A DNA stretch of 64,000 nt from Octopus sinensis (lineage: Eukaryota): the NCBI RefSeq assembly GCF_006345805.1, contig NC_042997.1:123690001-123754000 (forward strand), in the 5' to 3' direction. The notes beneath the pieces are model-generated. The model did not search any database, had not been told where the DNA came from, and saw nothing but the letters and a program-made list of their open reading frames with translations. A program made the translations under genes and the position numbers. Shown one piece after another: positions 37,471-51,777 of this stretch (within the stretch, counting starts at the first letter, position 1; every line of letters starts with the position of its first letter).

Positions 37471-39580
37471 ATCCGCCGAAGTGTTGATGATGCTGCACCA
37501 GTGAGACCTGAAACTAAAGAGGCAATAAAGGAATTCAAACTTTTTGACGTATGGAATACGAATGGGAATTTTTAAGTGTGGGAAACGAATCGGAGGAAAC
37601 CAAACCTCTGGTGACAAGGAAAAATATAAAATTAATCCACAGAAGTTTTCATATAACATTAGATTGAAGAATATAAATCTCTGCTGATAAATTCACATGA
37701 AGTTAATATAGAAACCAATTTGACCTTTTTCGCCAGTTTGCTTCTGTAATTATAAAAGTTGCGATTTTCTTTCATGTATCGACTTATGATGATAAATTCT
37801 AACTCAAAATTAGGTTCTAGTAATGGATGAAGTTTCTGTTATTCTCCTTGTATCAGATGCTTATATTCTCTGCTAAATTGGCTAGAATATATATTGCATT
37901 CATTAGCAGGTATGTCATACATAGTGATTACAGATGAAAGAATTATTCCGTAACTGAATAATTTCGTAAAGTTTAGTGGATTAATGCATTATACCGATTC
38001 ATTAAACTTATTCATCGTAGAATCGATTCATAAAGACCTGATTAATTAACTGATTGAACATTTTAAAGTGTGGCCTCGTGAAAGAAGGTCATTGAAGCCT
38101 CAGTGAGAATGTAATTAAGCATATTGCCGATTGATCTTTGGTGGAGCAGCGAAGGAATAATATGTCTCTATTAACATTTACAAAATGGGTTCGCTTAGGC
38201 ATGTAATTTCATCAAAGTAATGTCAGAACTTATGCCTTCTATATAATAAATATATCTTGGTGGTATTATTAACCCATTGGGATATGAATGTATGAGAGAC
38301 AACCCTTACATCAATGTTGTTATATAACATATATTGCTCAAAGTCTGAAATGTTATAAGTGTCTCTTTTCGACTTAGTATAAAGGCATGGTATTCTACGT
38401 GAAGAGTGAAATTGGATAATGTAACGTTTATAGCTATTCCACCGGATGTTAATGAAGTGTATTAACCTGAAATGTGGATAGAAACTATGTCGCGGTCTTG
38501 GCTTAAGAGGAACATAAGGCTTTTTTTCTACAGTTGTCTCAACACAGCAGTTAATGGTATTGTCTGGATAGATATGCGAAATAATTTTCATAATCCGTTA
38601 ATTTAATAACAGTAAACATGATGCAGCCAGCCGATATACGATAAAAGTTCACAGAATGTATCATGTATGTCTCTTATGCACATATGAATACACATAGATG
38701 TGTAGCTTGACTGTAATCGCCGATATATAGCTTCGCTTTAAGTTTGTGCGTTTGAAAGTATGGCTACGTTGTGGCAGGGAATGTGCACTTGGGCGTGCAT
38801 GTGTGCGTGCGCGTTCTCACAAGTGTATGAATGTGAGTGGATAAGATTGAATCCCATGCTGAATAAATATTCATATAAGATATTGAGACACTCTATATAG
38901 GAACTGTATACTCTGTAATGTAATTTCAGTCATCGGGGAACAGAGGGGATTTAATACATACAGCAATATACACATTTTATTTAATTCTACAACTAACGCT
39001 TTGTTTACAAGGCTTCGTAATCACGCCCCAGCCTTGATCCCAATACATAGCATCTTAGAAACGAAGATCTTCCTGTGGCCTCTTGTAGACCCATCACTTT
39101 TGAGTGAAATTAAGTAGCCAGAAACTGCAGTATCTCATCGGGCCAACTGGGACACATTTTGTCACACTGACACCGCCTAATAAATTATGTTAAGAATACA
39201 CGTAGCAGTCGAGTGTTCAGCCATTTCAAATTCAATGAGCAAGAAAGTTCTTTAGACCGAAAAACTGATTATCATCGTTGAAGCCGAAGACAAACTTTTT
39301 TATTTTTTATTTTGTAGCGGTTCACGCGAGCTAAAGAATAACATTGAAAGTGATTTATCTCATGTAGAAGCGGTCAAATTTCTCTTAAATCATATATCAT
39401 AGTCTCAAAGGAGTTGCAGTACGGTAAACAATGCAATCTATACCGACTGAATAAAATTTCGACGGGATAGCAACAGCTGGCAAGCAGTCGTTTAACGAAC
39501 AACTCAGATCAGATACAGATTATTCGTAACAAATTATAACTGAACTAACAACATGGCATGCCGGGGAATCTGCTTTTGGT

Positions 39581-39615
<35 letters not shown>

Positions 39616-39616
<1 letters not shown>

Positions 39617-39984
39617 TCTTTTACTTGTTTCAGTCATTTGACTGTGGCCATGCTGGAGCACCGCCTTGATCGATGAAATCGACCCCAGGACTTATTCTTT
39701 GTAAACCTAGTACTTATTCTATCGGTTACCTTTTGCCGATCCGCTAAGGTACGGGGACGTAACACACCACCATGAGTTGTCAAGCGATGTTGCGGGGGGG
39801 GGGCAAACACAGACACACAAACACACACACATATACATACATATATACGACAGGCTTCTTTCAGTTTCTGTCTACCAAATCCACTCACAAGAAGACACTT
39901 GCCCAAGGTGCCTCTTAGTGGGACTGCACCCGGAACCATGTGGTTGGTAAACAAGCTACTTAGCACACAACCACTGTTGCGCCT
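39616..39984 (-). mobile_element. SINE family A, near full length
   Basis: Colinear reverse complement of 30527-30950 with a small deletion. Confidence 0.9.
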
Positions 39985-40266
39985 AGAGATTCAGCTGAAT
40001 TAGGTACTTAAGTTGAAGCACCATGTCAGTCCAGTATTATCCGCACAGCTCGAAGTAAGGTAAATAAAATCAAAATAAGCAACAGGTTATGAAGTAGTGA
40101 TGTAGTGCGACCGTTTCAAGCGGCTCCTTTTAATTGAACAATGCAATCATTACATCAATTTAAATGTGGTGCTATCTTCAGCTGCACAAATAAATAAATA
40201 TATTAATATAATTTTTCTCAAATACTCTAACAGAGCAAGAAGATGGAAGAAATTCATGTTGCCGAT

Positions 40267-40410
40267 ATTGTAGCAACGAATTTATACGCACACACACGCA
40301 CGCACACGCACACTCACACACACACACACGCACGCACGCACACACTCACACACACACACACACGCACACACACACTCACACACACACACACACGCACACG
40401 CACATATATA
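40267..40410. repeat. (CA)n/(CACG)n microsatellite
   Basis: Direct inspection. Confidence 0.9.
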
Positions 40411-43104
40411 TAAACAAACTTCCACTTGTTTTTTTAGAAGTGCCGAACGTGCTTCGTACGATACAGAAAAGAAAGTGAGATTTTCGAACTCAGTATCGCC
40501 ATTAGGCCAGCAGAATGATTGGCCTGATACAATTACGTATCGAATTGTTACTTTCTATTTCATTTCTAGCAATCACGTTATTGACAAACATGCATATTCG
40601 TCCTGCTCATAAGGTTCATTGCGTTATGCGCCCACTTTTTAAGACAAACCAGTTGTTTAATGTACTTCATAAGAAACCTATTTAATGAGAAACATTTCCT
40701 GTTGTGTAGCCTTGATACTATCATCTAATCAATAGTTGTAGTGTAAGAATGATTCTTGAGGTAAACTTGTACGAAATGTCAGAAGCAATACCATTGAAAG
40801 GTCAAACAGTGTTATCGTAAGAATATATGAGGAAGTTCTAAAGGTTACGAGGTTTTCTAGCAAACTTTACGTTAACTATGTTATTTACAGCAAGTATTCA
40901 GAAGTAACTGGCCTATTAAAGTGTATGAAAATGCACCTAACCAACGATAGGCGTCGTTAGTAATACGGTATTTGCGCTTTGACAACAAAATCTATTGATC
41001 GCATCCTATATTAAATTTAAAAAATCAAAATATGTAACTGCTGAATATGTTCAAATTTAATACATCATTGTATATGTGCATACATATGCGAAGAAATGAA
41101 AGCACTTTCTAAATGATATATGTATACAGTGTTTTGGTTTGTTTATAAGACAACATACAAGCTTCATATTAAACTTGAAAAAAAAAAAAAAAATTCACGG
41201 AATTTTCGAAACGAATTAAAAATATAGATAGGGAGAAACGGTAAGTAATTTTTTCACTATATGCTACACATTCCAACAGGACTATATATATGTGTTATGA
41301 AGACATAATTTTGAATACGTCTATAAACACACATACGTTTATATACTCACATGTTTTTCCCCTGCACGCTATAGAGTTCATAGAAATGCACTACATACAG
41401 AGTGGCCACTTCGTCAGAAACCTGTAAAGTCATCCACCGTCTTCCGTTGGGATTGAGTAGGGCTATCTACCCATCCTTGTGTTAACCAATCAAACGTCCC
41501 ACCTTGTTCCACTAGAAAAAGTGTGTTCTCTGAGTATGTACTCCAGCGTATTGTTCCTACTGTAGTTCTTCTGCGGACTACTCACTAGCAAGTCATATCG
41601 CCCACACAAACGTGGTGTATATATGTATGACGGAGACAAATAACCCGCCAAAGAAGTGTTTCTCCGAGCAAAAACATTTCTTTCCCAACTCTAGGTTTAG
41701 GTTCCCTCTGATCGAGTATGGTCTTACTCCAGCAGAGGGAAATGTTAACTTCAGTTTGAGATGTTCGGAATCAAGAAAGACAATGTCCTACCGGAGATGG
41801 AGACATCCCTACTTTTGTACCAAAAGAAATTCGGAGATTGTTCTGGACAGCAGAAGCGGTTTGTTTAATTAGAGGACTACGGCGCTTTCATCTTATGCTC
41901 AAATAGATTTCAGACACTCCGATACTACTGAGAAGGCTTAAGAAATAACTATGATAGGCTAAATTAGTTTTCAGCCTTTGATCGGCGCGCCAAGATGCTA
42001 ATTTTCCTATTAAGCATTCTCAATGTTAAATATCATGTTTCATATACTGGAATTCCACTTTGGTAGTTCTCTGCTTTGAACCAAGTGGTCCTTTTATTCC
42101 AGGTCTTGTCCATATATTAGAACGGATTATCATTAAGGTGGTGAACAAGCAAAGTCGCTGACTCCCCAGAAAAGCATTTTTCCAGCTTTTTGCATTCGGA
42201 TTTCCAATGCCTCCGATATTGATTAAATCTTTATTCTCTCGGGATCAATCAATCTTATAACAATCGACTATAAGAGTAGCAGAAATTGAGTGAAACCCAA
42301 CCCAATATGTGCTGGCCTTGTGCCGTAATTACTACTTATTGCTATTACTAGTATTCCCTATACTGTGTAGCCTTGGGATGATGTATATGAGTTCGCGGCT
42401 TCGGGATGGTGTCACGCGTGCGAGTTTGTCTATGTTTCTGCCTGTGGGAATGAATATGTAAGATTTTACGAATGCATGTCTACGTATGCGACATCTAGCG
42501 TCTAAATATATTTTCATGATGTCTTGCTGGACCTACTGAGCTAAGCAGACTGATGTCCGCTATGTGAATTCTTTTTCTCAGTTAGACTGCAATAAACACT
42601 ACCTTATTATTATCATTAGTATTGTTGTTGTTGTTGTTGTTGTAGGACATCGTTTCTCTTCACTCCAACTCCTCTCCCATGCTCCTTTACGCGCTCGCTT
42701 CCTTTTCCTCTACTCCGCACGCCTATGTTACCCATACACTTCTTATTTGCGTACTGGAGTGCATTTAATGGTATCCGCCAATCTTTGAGTTGAATTTTTT
42801 GTGAGTAATACCGATTAATAGGGCCGCTGGTATTTGTTCATGTAACAGTTCCATTGTTTTATGTTCACATAATTGATGCCAGCCTATTAGATGAAACATA
42901 CGTACATAATGTAATGCTTTAATAACGACTACGTTTTCTTTGTTACTTTGTAAATACATACATACATACACATGTATATATATACATATATATATATGTG
43001 TGCGTGTTTGTGTATGTGTTCAAAGGCCAAAAGTGCATTCTCCACTAGATGGTCTATTATATTTATTCAAACCCCAAAACTTTACAAACCGAATTCATTG
43101 TTGC

Positions 43105-43201
<97 letters not shown>

Positions 43202-43849
43202 CATGTCGTTTTATACATACATATATATATACACACTCCGTATAGGCATATTGCGAAGCAGAACAAGCAAAAGTTATATTCTATTTGACAACTAACAATT
43301 TTGAGACTTCATCGCTCAATTTGTTTTTATATTCGTTTTATTCTTTTCTCAGGGCTTTGCGTAATAATTAATGTTCTAAGATAATATTCCACATCTATTT
43401 CAAACACTTATTTATTTGCTCTCTCTTCCGTTTGAAATACAAATTGTTTAAAAGCCGTAATTAACAAAGCTGTGTAATTGCCAAAGACCTATCAGCACAA
43501 ATTTTCAACAAGTAAAAGCTATTAATCCTTAGAAGCTTTTAACATATTGTTATGTTTAAAATATTTAGATATGTTTCCCATTTGAAATCTGAAATCAAAT
43601 TAAACCTAACTAAATAGAAATTTCACCGAAAATCAGCAAACTGCTTTCATGGTAAATGTTATACTTTCAATTGTTTAGCAAAAAAAGAATAATAATAATA
43701 ATAAACAGAGAAAGAATAACGGTTTAGAAACGAAACATAATCTCTGAGTGATTCCTATAACTTAATAATTACATGGAATGCAACAAAACCAAATATATGG
43801 TGCAATTCAAATAAATTACTGCAGTGCGAAACCATTAATAATTCTATAG

Positions 43850-44045
43850 CACTCAATACTTTTCTACTTTAGACACAAGACCCAAAATTTTGGGGGAGGG
43901 GGCCAGTGGATTAGATCGACCCCAGTAACGCAACTGGTACTTAATTTATTGACTCCGAAAGGATGAAAGGCAAAATTGACATCGGCGGAATTTGAACTCA
44001 GAACGTAAAAACAGACGAAATACCTATTTCTTTACTACCCACAAG
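43850..44045 (-). mobile_element. SINE family B, second-monomer type
   Basis: Reverse complement of the GGTATTTCGTC...GTTCTGAGTTCAAA...CTGGGGTCGAT unit at 5240-5410. Confidence 0.8.
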
Positions 44046-44099
44046 GTAGAGTTCTAACAAAACTTGACTTGTATGTATGCATGTATGTATAACATTTGG

Positions 44100-44600
44100 T
44101 TATAACCAGCATCATTCATATCTTTCAACTCTTAGGAAGGTGTTGCAGATTTTCATAGTCCCAGATATCACGATCATTCGTAGCGTATAAACTGAGGATT
44201 TGCGTTCTCTCCCCAAGATTCCAAGTTCGGCGATACTTTGCTCCAGACGGGTCGGTTTATATCTTGTTGCTCTAACAATGACAGGTATGAAGCTCAAAGT
44301 GTATCATGGGTACTAGATTTCCAAGCTCATTATTAATATTCCATAGATGTCCTCTTTCGCTTATATTTTATTCTCATCTCATTCGTGCCCAGGGGCAGCT
44401 GATTTCCACAACAGAACGTACGTATTCTTTGTGGTCCCACACAACAATATCTCGTCGGTTATGTTTAAATTGGTGGATGTTTAAATTTTAAAGTTCCACC
44501 AGTATTCTTTTGACGTTACGGGTTCAATAATGGTCAATTTCGTTTTGTAGATATTCTATTTTTCGTTGTCCTGTTCCAGATAATTCTGGCCACCATATCA
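44100..44600 (-). mobile_element. RLE-type LINE C-terminal remnant (copy 1)
   Basis: HDMVARIIWN, EYWWN, RDIVVWDH...VVEISCP, and SFIPVIV...ISGTMKICNTFL, with frameshifts. Confidence 0.7.
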
Positions 44601-44989
44601 TGTATATATATGTATGCATATCATTGATCAGATTTATTTCAAGATTTGTTGCCAATACAGAAAGAACGGGTTTCTAACCTAGATCCAGTGCTCCTTCATT
44701 GGAATTTCAACATCAACAACAGCGTGTTTTTGTTTGTATGTATGCATGTATATGTACAGATTAGTACGTTTTGTTTTATGTAAGTATTCTCATGCATATA
44801 GTTGCATATCTAGACATGCTCATATGTATTTCAATGATAACATTCAGGATGGATTGGATCTGTAGTCTTCGAATTAGATTTCTCCTTTCTGGTTTTGAGA
44901 AGCCTAATTTCTCAAGCTTGGTATTTAGGCAGTGTGTTAGACATCTCAATAATTACAGGGATAAACCTGAACTTGCAATCTGGATAGAC

Positions 44990-45360
44990 TAACAGCAGAT
45001 TTCTCAATACTTCATAGTAGATATTCTATTTTTCACTTACCTTCAGCTTTATGTTAATATCCGCTGGGCAGCTATTTTCCACAATTGTACACAGTGTCTC
45101 TTCTCCATTCCAAACCGTTATATCAATTCTGTAGTGCTTACATTTTATTGAGGTTTTAATTGGGATATTTCAACACTACTCCTTTTTATTACGAGTGGCT
45201 TCTTCTACCATACTGTGAGTTTTTACTTATTTGTCCTCGGAGTTATCCTTCCGACAGATTTTATTATTGAGTGACCTAGATACAACATCATTCCTCATTG
45301 GTAGATTCAACCGTGATGACATTTTCGGACAACTACTTATGTTGTAGATATTATACACTA
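44990..45360 (-). mobile_element. RLE-type LINE knuckle/endonuclease remnant (copy 2)
   Basis: ISSCPKMSSRLNLPMRNDVV...KHYRIDITVWNG...TIVENSCPADINI. Confidence 0.7.
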
Positions 45361-45364
45361 AAAC

Positions 45365-45900
45365 GGCATCAATCCAGTCTTGAGGGACTTTTTCAGTTCT
45401 CCAACAGTGACAAATTAATATATTTAAGAGTTCAAACGTTTTGTCACCCCTATATATCTTCTGCACAGGTTCCATCAGACCCTGAAGACTTATTGTTATT
45501 CAGTTTATTCACAACGGTGACAGTCAGAAGCAAACGTCCATAGGCATTATCGAAAAATCTCTTTTTCCACGCACTAGATGGTCAGTCCAGCTCTTTGCCC
45601 CTCTTATAACCTGAATGCTAGAAACGTCTTCCATATCACGTTTCTTGATCAGAATATAATCTATGAGATGCCAGTGCTTAGATCTTGGGTGCGTGCAGGT
45701 GGTTTTTTATTTACTCTTCTGCTTAAACAGAGTGTTGGTGACAACCAGATTATTCTCAGTACAAAACGTTAAAAGAGCTACACTACTGTTATTACATTTT
45801 CCAATCACATGTCGACTTAAAACAGGCCATGAAACATAGGCCATGAAACATAGTCCTTTCCAACTCTATTATGTCAGGTCGTCCTTGAGTTCTACTTCTA
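45365..45900 (-). mobile_element. RTE LINE endonuclease and RT-start remnant, internally deleted
   Basis: VTNTLFKQ...HPRSKHWHLIDYILIKKRD...TDH, then NKSSGSDG and CWRTEKVPQDWIDA. Confidence 0.8.
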
Positions 45901-46129
45901 ACATGTAATCCAGTATAAACTGTCGCATGGTCGGCTACTCGGCGACTAAACTTGCAACCCCACCAGGCTGACTTGGTGAGGCGGGTGTTTTTGGACATTC
46001 TGTGAGATGAAACATAAGACCAGGCAAAGGGCGGAGGAATTCCTGAATAGTCAACAACAATCCAACAAAATATCTGTAAATATGTGTATATCTTTTTTTC
46101 TTATATGTATATGTATTTATATTTTTACT

Positions 46130-46218
<89 letters not shown>

Positions 46219-46419
46219 TGTGTATGCGTGTGCGTGCGTGTGTATGTGCGTGCGGGCGTGTGTGTGTGTGTGTGTGTATTATCATATTTTTCAATTGCAT
46301 ATCTTTTCCTTTTTATATTTATATATATCATATTTAATTCTTATTTGCGTTTGCAAATCACATATCGTACTTCTTATTTTTTTATGTATGAATGGGCTAC
46401 TCCGCGTCGGAGTAGCCCA

Positions 46420-47260
46420 TTCATGCATAAGTCCAGTCCCCCTCATTAGGGTAGAAAAGATCTGACATTTCATATCAGTGGTCTGAGGTTTATCCTTCCG
46501 ACAGGTCCCATTATGGAGTGTCTTAGTTACAATATATCCCATCGGCAGATATAAACGCGATGACATTTTCGGACAAATGCTTATGATGTGGGTAATGTCC
46601 TCTATCTTAACGCCACAGAGATTGCATGTGTTGTCACATGTTACTGATTTACGTGTGTCTGAGGCTCTTTTGTGCATCAGGTATCCATTGACGCGCATCC
46701 CTTGTCCAAAGTTGCATATAAGAAGCCGATAACGTCATAAGACTTCGAAAGCAGCTCCTTGAACAGCATTCCTCGCTTGATAACCTTCAATACATGACCA
46801 AAGGAGACGCACATGCCCACAGATATTGACGTTTCTTGTTCCTGGATTTCACACACTTACCCTTCGAAATGTAAGGTAGTAATCTGGTTTTTGGCCCATG
46901 ATCTATTGCTTTGATGATCAATGTTACTCTCATTCCAGAGTCTTCTAACATATCCAAGCATGATCTTTCGCGCATCCATTCATCTGATGATACGTTGTGG
47001 TAGACTCGTGTGGCTTCTTTCATCGTATATTCAACGTTATCAGGCAAGAAATGCTGGTTAAGGAGCTGCTTTCAAAGTTTCATGATCATATCGGCCTCAT
47101 GTCCGAAAACTTGCTGAATGGATTCAAGCTATTGCCGCTTCTTCTGAACTAAGAGAAGCAACAATTACGCCACCAGATTGTGTAGTTGAATTGCAAAGGA
47201 AGAGTACTGCTTAGGCCAAGACAGAGGGAAAGGGACTTCGTAGACGCTGCTTGCGACTTC
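46420..47260 (-). mobile_element. RLE-type LINE remnant with CCHC knuckle (copy 3)
   Basis: CNLCGVKIEDITHIISICPKMSSRLYLP; about 110 bp is homologous to copy 2. Confidence 0.7.
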
Positions 47261-47732
47261 GTAGACACTTTTACCAATAAATGAAATCATGGTATTTCTG
47301 AGTCTTATACTTTATACTAAGCCTACGACGTCACCTGTGATGTCTAGGCGTACTGTACTACACGATAAATATTCGTTTTCATTGTTCAACTTCAGAGACA
47401 TTAGTTAAAAGAATATTAAGTAGAGAACTGGACAACATATTTATGATAATTTGTTAGACTAAAGTGGTTTGTTGGCTGAATCGTCAGCATATAAGACAAA
47501 CAGCTTAGTTCATCAGTCTTTACGTCTTGTATTCAAATTTATCGTCTTTATATTTCCTCCACTTCAATCGATAAAATAGGTATCAGCTGAGTGCTGGGTG
47601 CGATGTGATGGACTTACCCACTCTCCCGGAAGTTGCGTTTCTTTTTTTTCTGAGATTCTCTGCGGATCAATTCTTCCGCTTACCTGAGTGAGTAGACTTA
47701 AGCATACACACACCCCACACACGTGCACAAAT

Positions 47733-47791
<59 letters not shown>

Positions 47792-49090
47792 TATGGATTC
47801 AATGCCTTGACTGAGAAAGAATAGCGGGGGTGTTTGATTTTTGCAAGGACTTATAGTAAATTTTTAATAGACGAGTTCACTATTATCTTTCCAAGCACTT
47901 ATATTTTATGAAAATACATATTCAGGAAAAAAAAATGCATAAATTTAAAACACATCAGAATATTTCATACAAAATCTGTTCCATAAATTAATATTATCAA
48001 CATTAATATTCTGTTTGATAGATACATGCAATATTAATTCTAAATAGAGCTGAACAAATTTTATTCATCGCAATGTACACAGAGAATTTCTGATGAAATA
48101 CACATTGCTAGATGTTAATGTTGGAATAAGCTATGTATATTTCATGTGTCTTTCTTCAATAATTCTAAGAATGCTTTGTATCTAATGAAATCAACTGTAG
48201 ATACAGTCGATTTATTTTCATTACACGCCAGCCGCGGTTTGCCCTGGAGAATATCAGAAAACGTAATGATGTTTTCATTAGTATAAGATAATATTAAACC
48301 ATGTATAACCTCATAATTTCCAGGAAATCATTTTTTATTGTCTTTTCACGTCTGTTGTCATTTTGATTGATTGTTTCCTCAAAGACCGGTGTTTCACAGT
48401 ATCGCTGCATTATTTTCCTCTCCATCTTTATCTCCGCGGCTTAACGACTTTTTCTGTAACACACTGTCGTTTGACATATTTCGTTAAAAATACACCTTAT
48501 TGCTTTCAGCACAGGAATTAAACATAACACGACGCTGATCTCAGTACATACTTCTGCCACGCAGCAACAAATTATGCCTGTTCTGGTTTTCTCAAATATT
48601 TAATTTCCATCTCTACATGAATTTTTCCGTGTCACCTTTATAGCAGTAAGAGTGTATCATTCATAAATTACTAACGATTACTACAGAAGCGTCTCCAAGA
48701 AACTAAACTAGAAATCTCAGCTATAAAATGCATTTTCTCCTCACATGAAACAAAGCCTGCAACACAGTCACCTTGCCAACTGAACATCGACATAGGCATG
48801 AAAACCGTAAAGTTTTCAAAATTGGTAATCATCTCAACACACAGATTTAAAGTGAAGCAAAAAGCTGTCACTGATGTGGCAAGACTGCAATTCTACAGAG
48901 ATTACTATATTCCAGAAATGTCTAATAATCTAAGCACTTTGTCAGGTCATACAGGGGCGGTTATTTCTATTTTCTCTTTATCTCAAATGTAGTATGCATT
49001 GAGTACGCTGTAGAATCAAGATATATAAGGAATCGATAGGGAATAAGAAATAATAACTTGCAAAGTATTTATATATATATATATATATAT

Positions 49091-50448
49091 AAACTTAGAT
49101 AAACTTATATATGTTTCGACCAAAGATTGGTCCAGGCCATGTCTAACTTAATAGCACAACCTGATAGGATTATTTGAATCCTGTTTAAGTCAAGTTTTGT
49201 TTATGGTCCATTCAATTAGTGAGTTTTTGTTGTGTTAGTTGTATCCAATTATGGGTGGCTTATCTGGTATTCCTTGAAGGAATCTAACCACACTCCGTTT
49301 AAAGTTGATGGGATCCTTTTCCTCTTTGATCCCTTTCGGGACAATGTTAAATAGGGCAGGGCCTGTTGAGGAAAAGAAATTATGTTGCAGTGAACATATA
49401 TACTGTGATCTGGAATTGGGCAGGGGACGTATGGCCCGTGGTCCCAGTCTTGGATGAACCTTGAAGCTAATGTTCAGGTCGTTTGGGCAAAGTTGGCGGT
49501 ATATTCTCCACATCGTACAAATGATGTACCGCTCACGGCGACGCTGGAGAGAGTAGAGTTTCAAGGCCTTAAGGCGATCCTAATAATCGAGAGCAGCCAT
49601 GCCCTCAATTATTTTAGTGAGTGCCCTCTGGGGTGATTCAATCCTCGAGATGTTTTGTCTTGTATGGGGAGACCACAGTGGGCAGCAGTATTCGAGTTGT
49701 GGCCTTACAAAGGAGGAGAAAAGTGGTATGATGACACCTTGTTCTTAAGATCCAGGAACTCATCCTACGAGCTATATCTGCACTCCAACTGAGATCGTCA
49801 TCAACAATTACACCCAGGTTTCTGATATTGTTAGAGGCTGCGAGCGGTTCCCCTGAAGGAAGTGAGTATGGCTGTTCTAGTGAGGAATTTCTTCTAAAAT
49901 GCATCAGCTCAAATTTTCCCTCGTTCAGTTGCATTTTGTTTCTGTCTGCCCATTGACTCACAGCATATAGATCAGACTGGAGTTGAGTTCGGTCTGCTTC
50001 TTCATTGACGATTTGCTGGAGCTTAGTGTCATCAGCAAATATTTTCACTTTGCAGTAATGTACGACACTGGAAAGGTCGTTTATGTAAATTATGAAGAGT
50101 AGCGGACCCAAGACAGTCCCCTGGGGGACACCGCTGGTGACTTTTGCTGGGCTTGAGTGGACTGCGTCAACTACAACATGTTGTGTTCTATTCGCCAGGA
50201 AATACTTGATCCAGTGTAGAACTTTTCCACGGATTCCAACATTTGCCAATTTTGAGAGTAGGATATTATGGTCTACCCTGTCGAACGCTTTACTGAAGTC
50301 AAGATATATGACATCAGAGTTCGAACCTGTTCCCAAGGCTTTGAGTACATCATCAATATGGTGTAAGAGCTGTGTTATACAGGCCCTACCACAGCGGAAG
50401 CCAATGATTTGCATTTAGGAGTGTGTGGGTCTCCAGGAATTCAGCTAT
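49091..50448 (-). mobile_element. 5'-truncated CR1-like LINE 3' half (RT, C-terminus, 3' UTR, ATCTAAGTTT tail)
   Basis: DVIYLDFSKAFDRVDH, SGVPQGTVLGPLLFIIYINDL, FADDTKL, then LKLYSLQRRRERY; both ends lie in (TA)n; frameshifted. Confidence 0.92.
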
Positions 50449-50457
50449 ATATATATT

Positions 50458-50511
<54 letters not shown>

Positions 50512-50598
50512 ATATAAATTAGAGATAAAACCACTAATATGCATCTCAAAAAGTGATAGACATATATATATATATCTATATATATATGCATATGTATG

Positions 50599-50672
<74 letters not shown>

Positions 50673-51691
50673 ATATACATGCACATACAAAAGCCTATAG
50701 CAATCTGTAGGCGTATATACTATATATGTGCATCTTATCCTCAATAATGTTCATAATATTCCCACCTGAATTGAATATGTCGGAGTACATCCGCTATGGA
50801 AACAAAACAGCGTATTACTGTTGTTGTGCAAAATTTGTTACTCTGCCAATAAAAATGCATCACTCCTTTCAGATCAGTGTAGAATTACAGCGATATTGAT
50901 TATCGAACATTTATGAAGCCCCTGTAAGAATTCTTGTCATAACTCAACCAGATTTAAAGATGGTCAAATTGTATTGTTGCTAGTTTTTTTGTATTCTTAA
51001 ATTGAGGTCACGATCTATCAAAGTTCTGAATATTCATGCGTGTTTAGATCTTTCTTATTTACGGCAGCTGTATGTCTCTACAAGCAAAATTACGATTTTA
51101 TTGAAAGACATTAAACAACTATTTCCTATGAAAAAAATATTCAAAAAATACTTTCCTACGGACGACAAAAGTTGCTGAAGTAGGATTTAGTATAATCTAT
51201 GATAATTTTTGAGATGTACAAGAGTGCACGGCATAATAAATTTTAGAGCTCTATATTAAGGACACAATTTTATGGAAGACAAACTTCAATTTGCCATAAT
51301 AAATCGAAAATGACAAGTCTTCAAATCAATGCAGCTTTAGTGCTAAATGTCATAATATAGAAATATGGCGTCATATTTGAACATATCTGAACGTTACATA
51401 AGAAAAATATATGCAAGATGATACTATATATATTTTTCGGATCTCTCGTGGTTTTAGTGAATAGACACTTATATACATACAAAATCGTCGGGCCTCTTGG
51501 AGCTAATCTGCGACAGTTTTAGTCTTATATTTATATACTACCATATTAGTATGGCGATAACTATTATTATCCAGTAACCCTGCCGTAATATCCTTTAGAG
51601 AGACTTAGTAATTTTAATATTTCTATTATTGAAAACAAGTGGATGTATTCCACTGTAACTAGGTAAATAAAATCTTCGAATAGACGATCAG

Positions 51692-51777
51692 TAGCGACAC
51701 CTGCGGGTCTGACTACGCTGCATTGATAAAGGGCAACAACCCTGAAACATGTCTATAGATATCTGACTAGCAAGGTG
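51692..51777 (+). ncRNA. Type I hammerhead fold, U3-A8 variant, copy 1
   Basis: CUGCA-UUGAUAA-AGGG-CAACAA-CCCU-GAAA-C-AU-GUC (site after 51753); stem I carries private mismatches. Confidence 0.7.

Noticed and set aside
36862-37659. 265-aa Arg/Glu-rich ORF
   Set aside because: Reverse translation of the CTT/CCT tract.
38223-38591. 122-aa minus-strand ORF with a faint resemblance to a PLE RT (VVSLYTNIP-like DNA)
   Set aside because: Similarity depends on several assumed indels; too weak to call.
41395-41880. GC-richer block that may be an unclassified repeat or exon
   Set aside because: No second copy in the window and no motif or long ORF.
44547-45034. Identical 18-mer GTAGATATTCTATTTTTC at 44547 and 45017 as a TSD
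   Set aside because: Both lie inside LINE coding remnants at non-equivalent positions and do not bracket a definable element.
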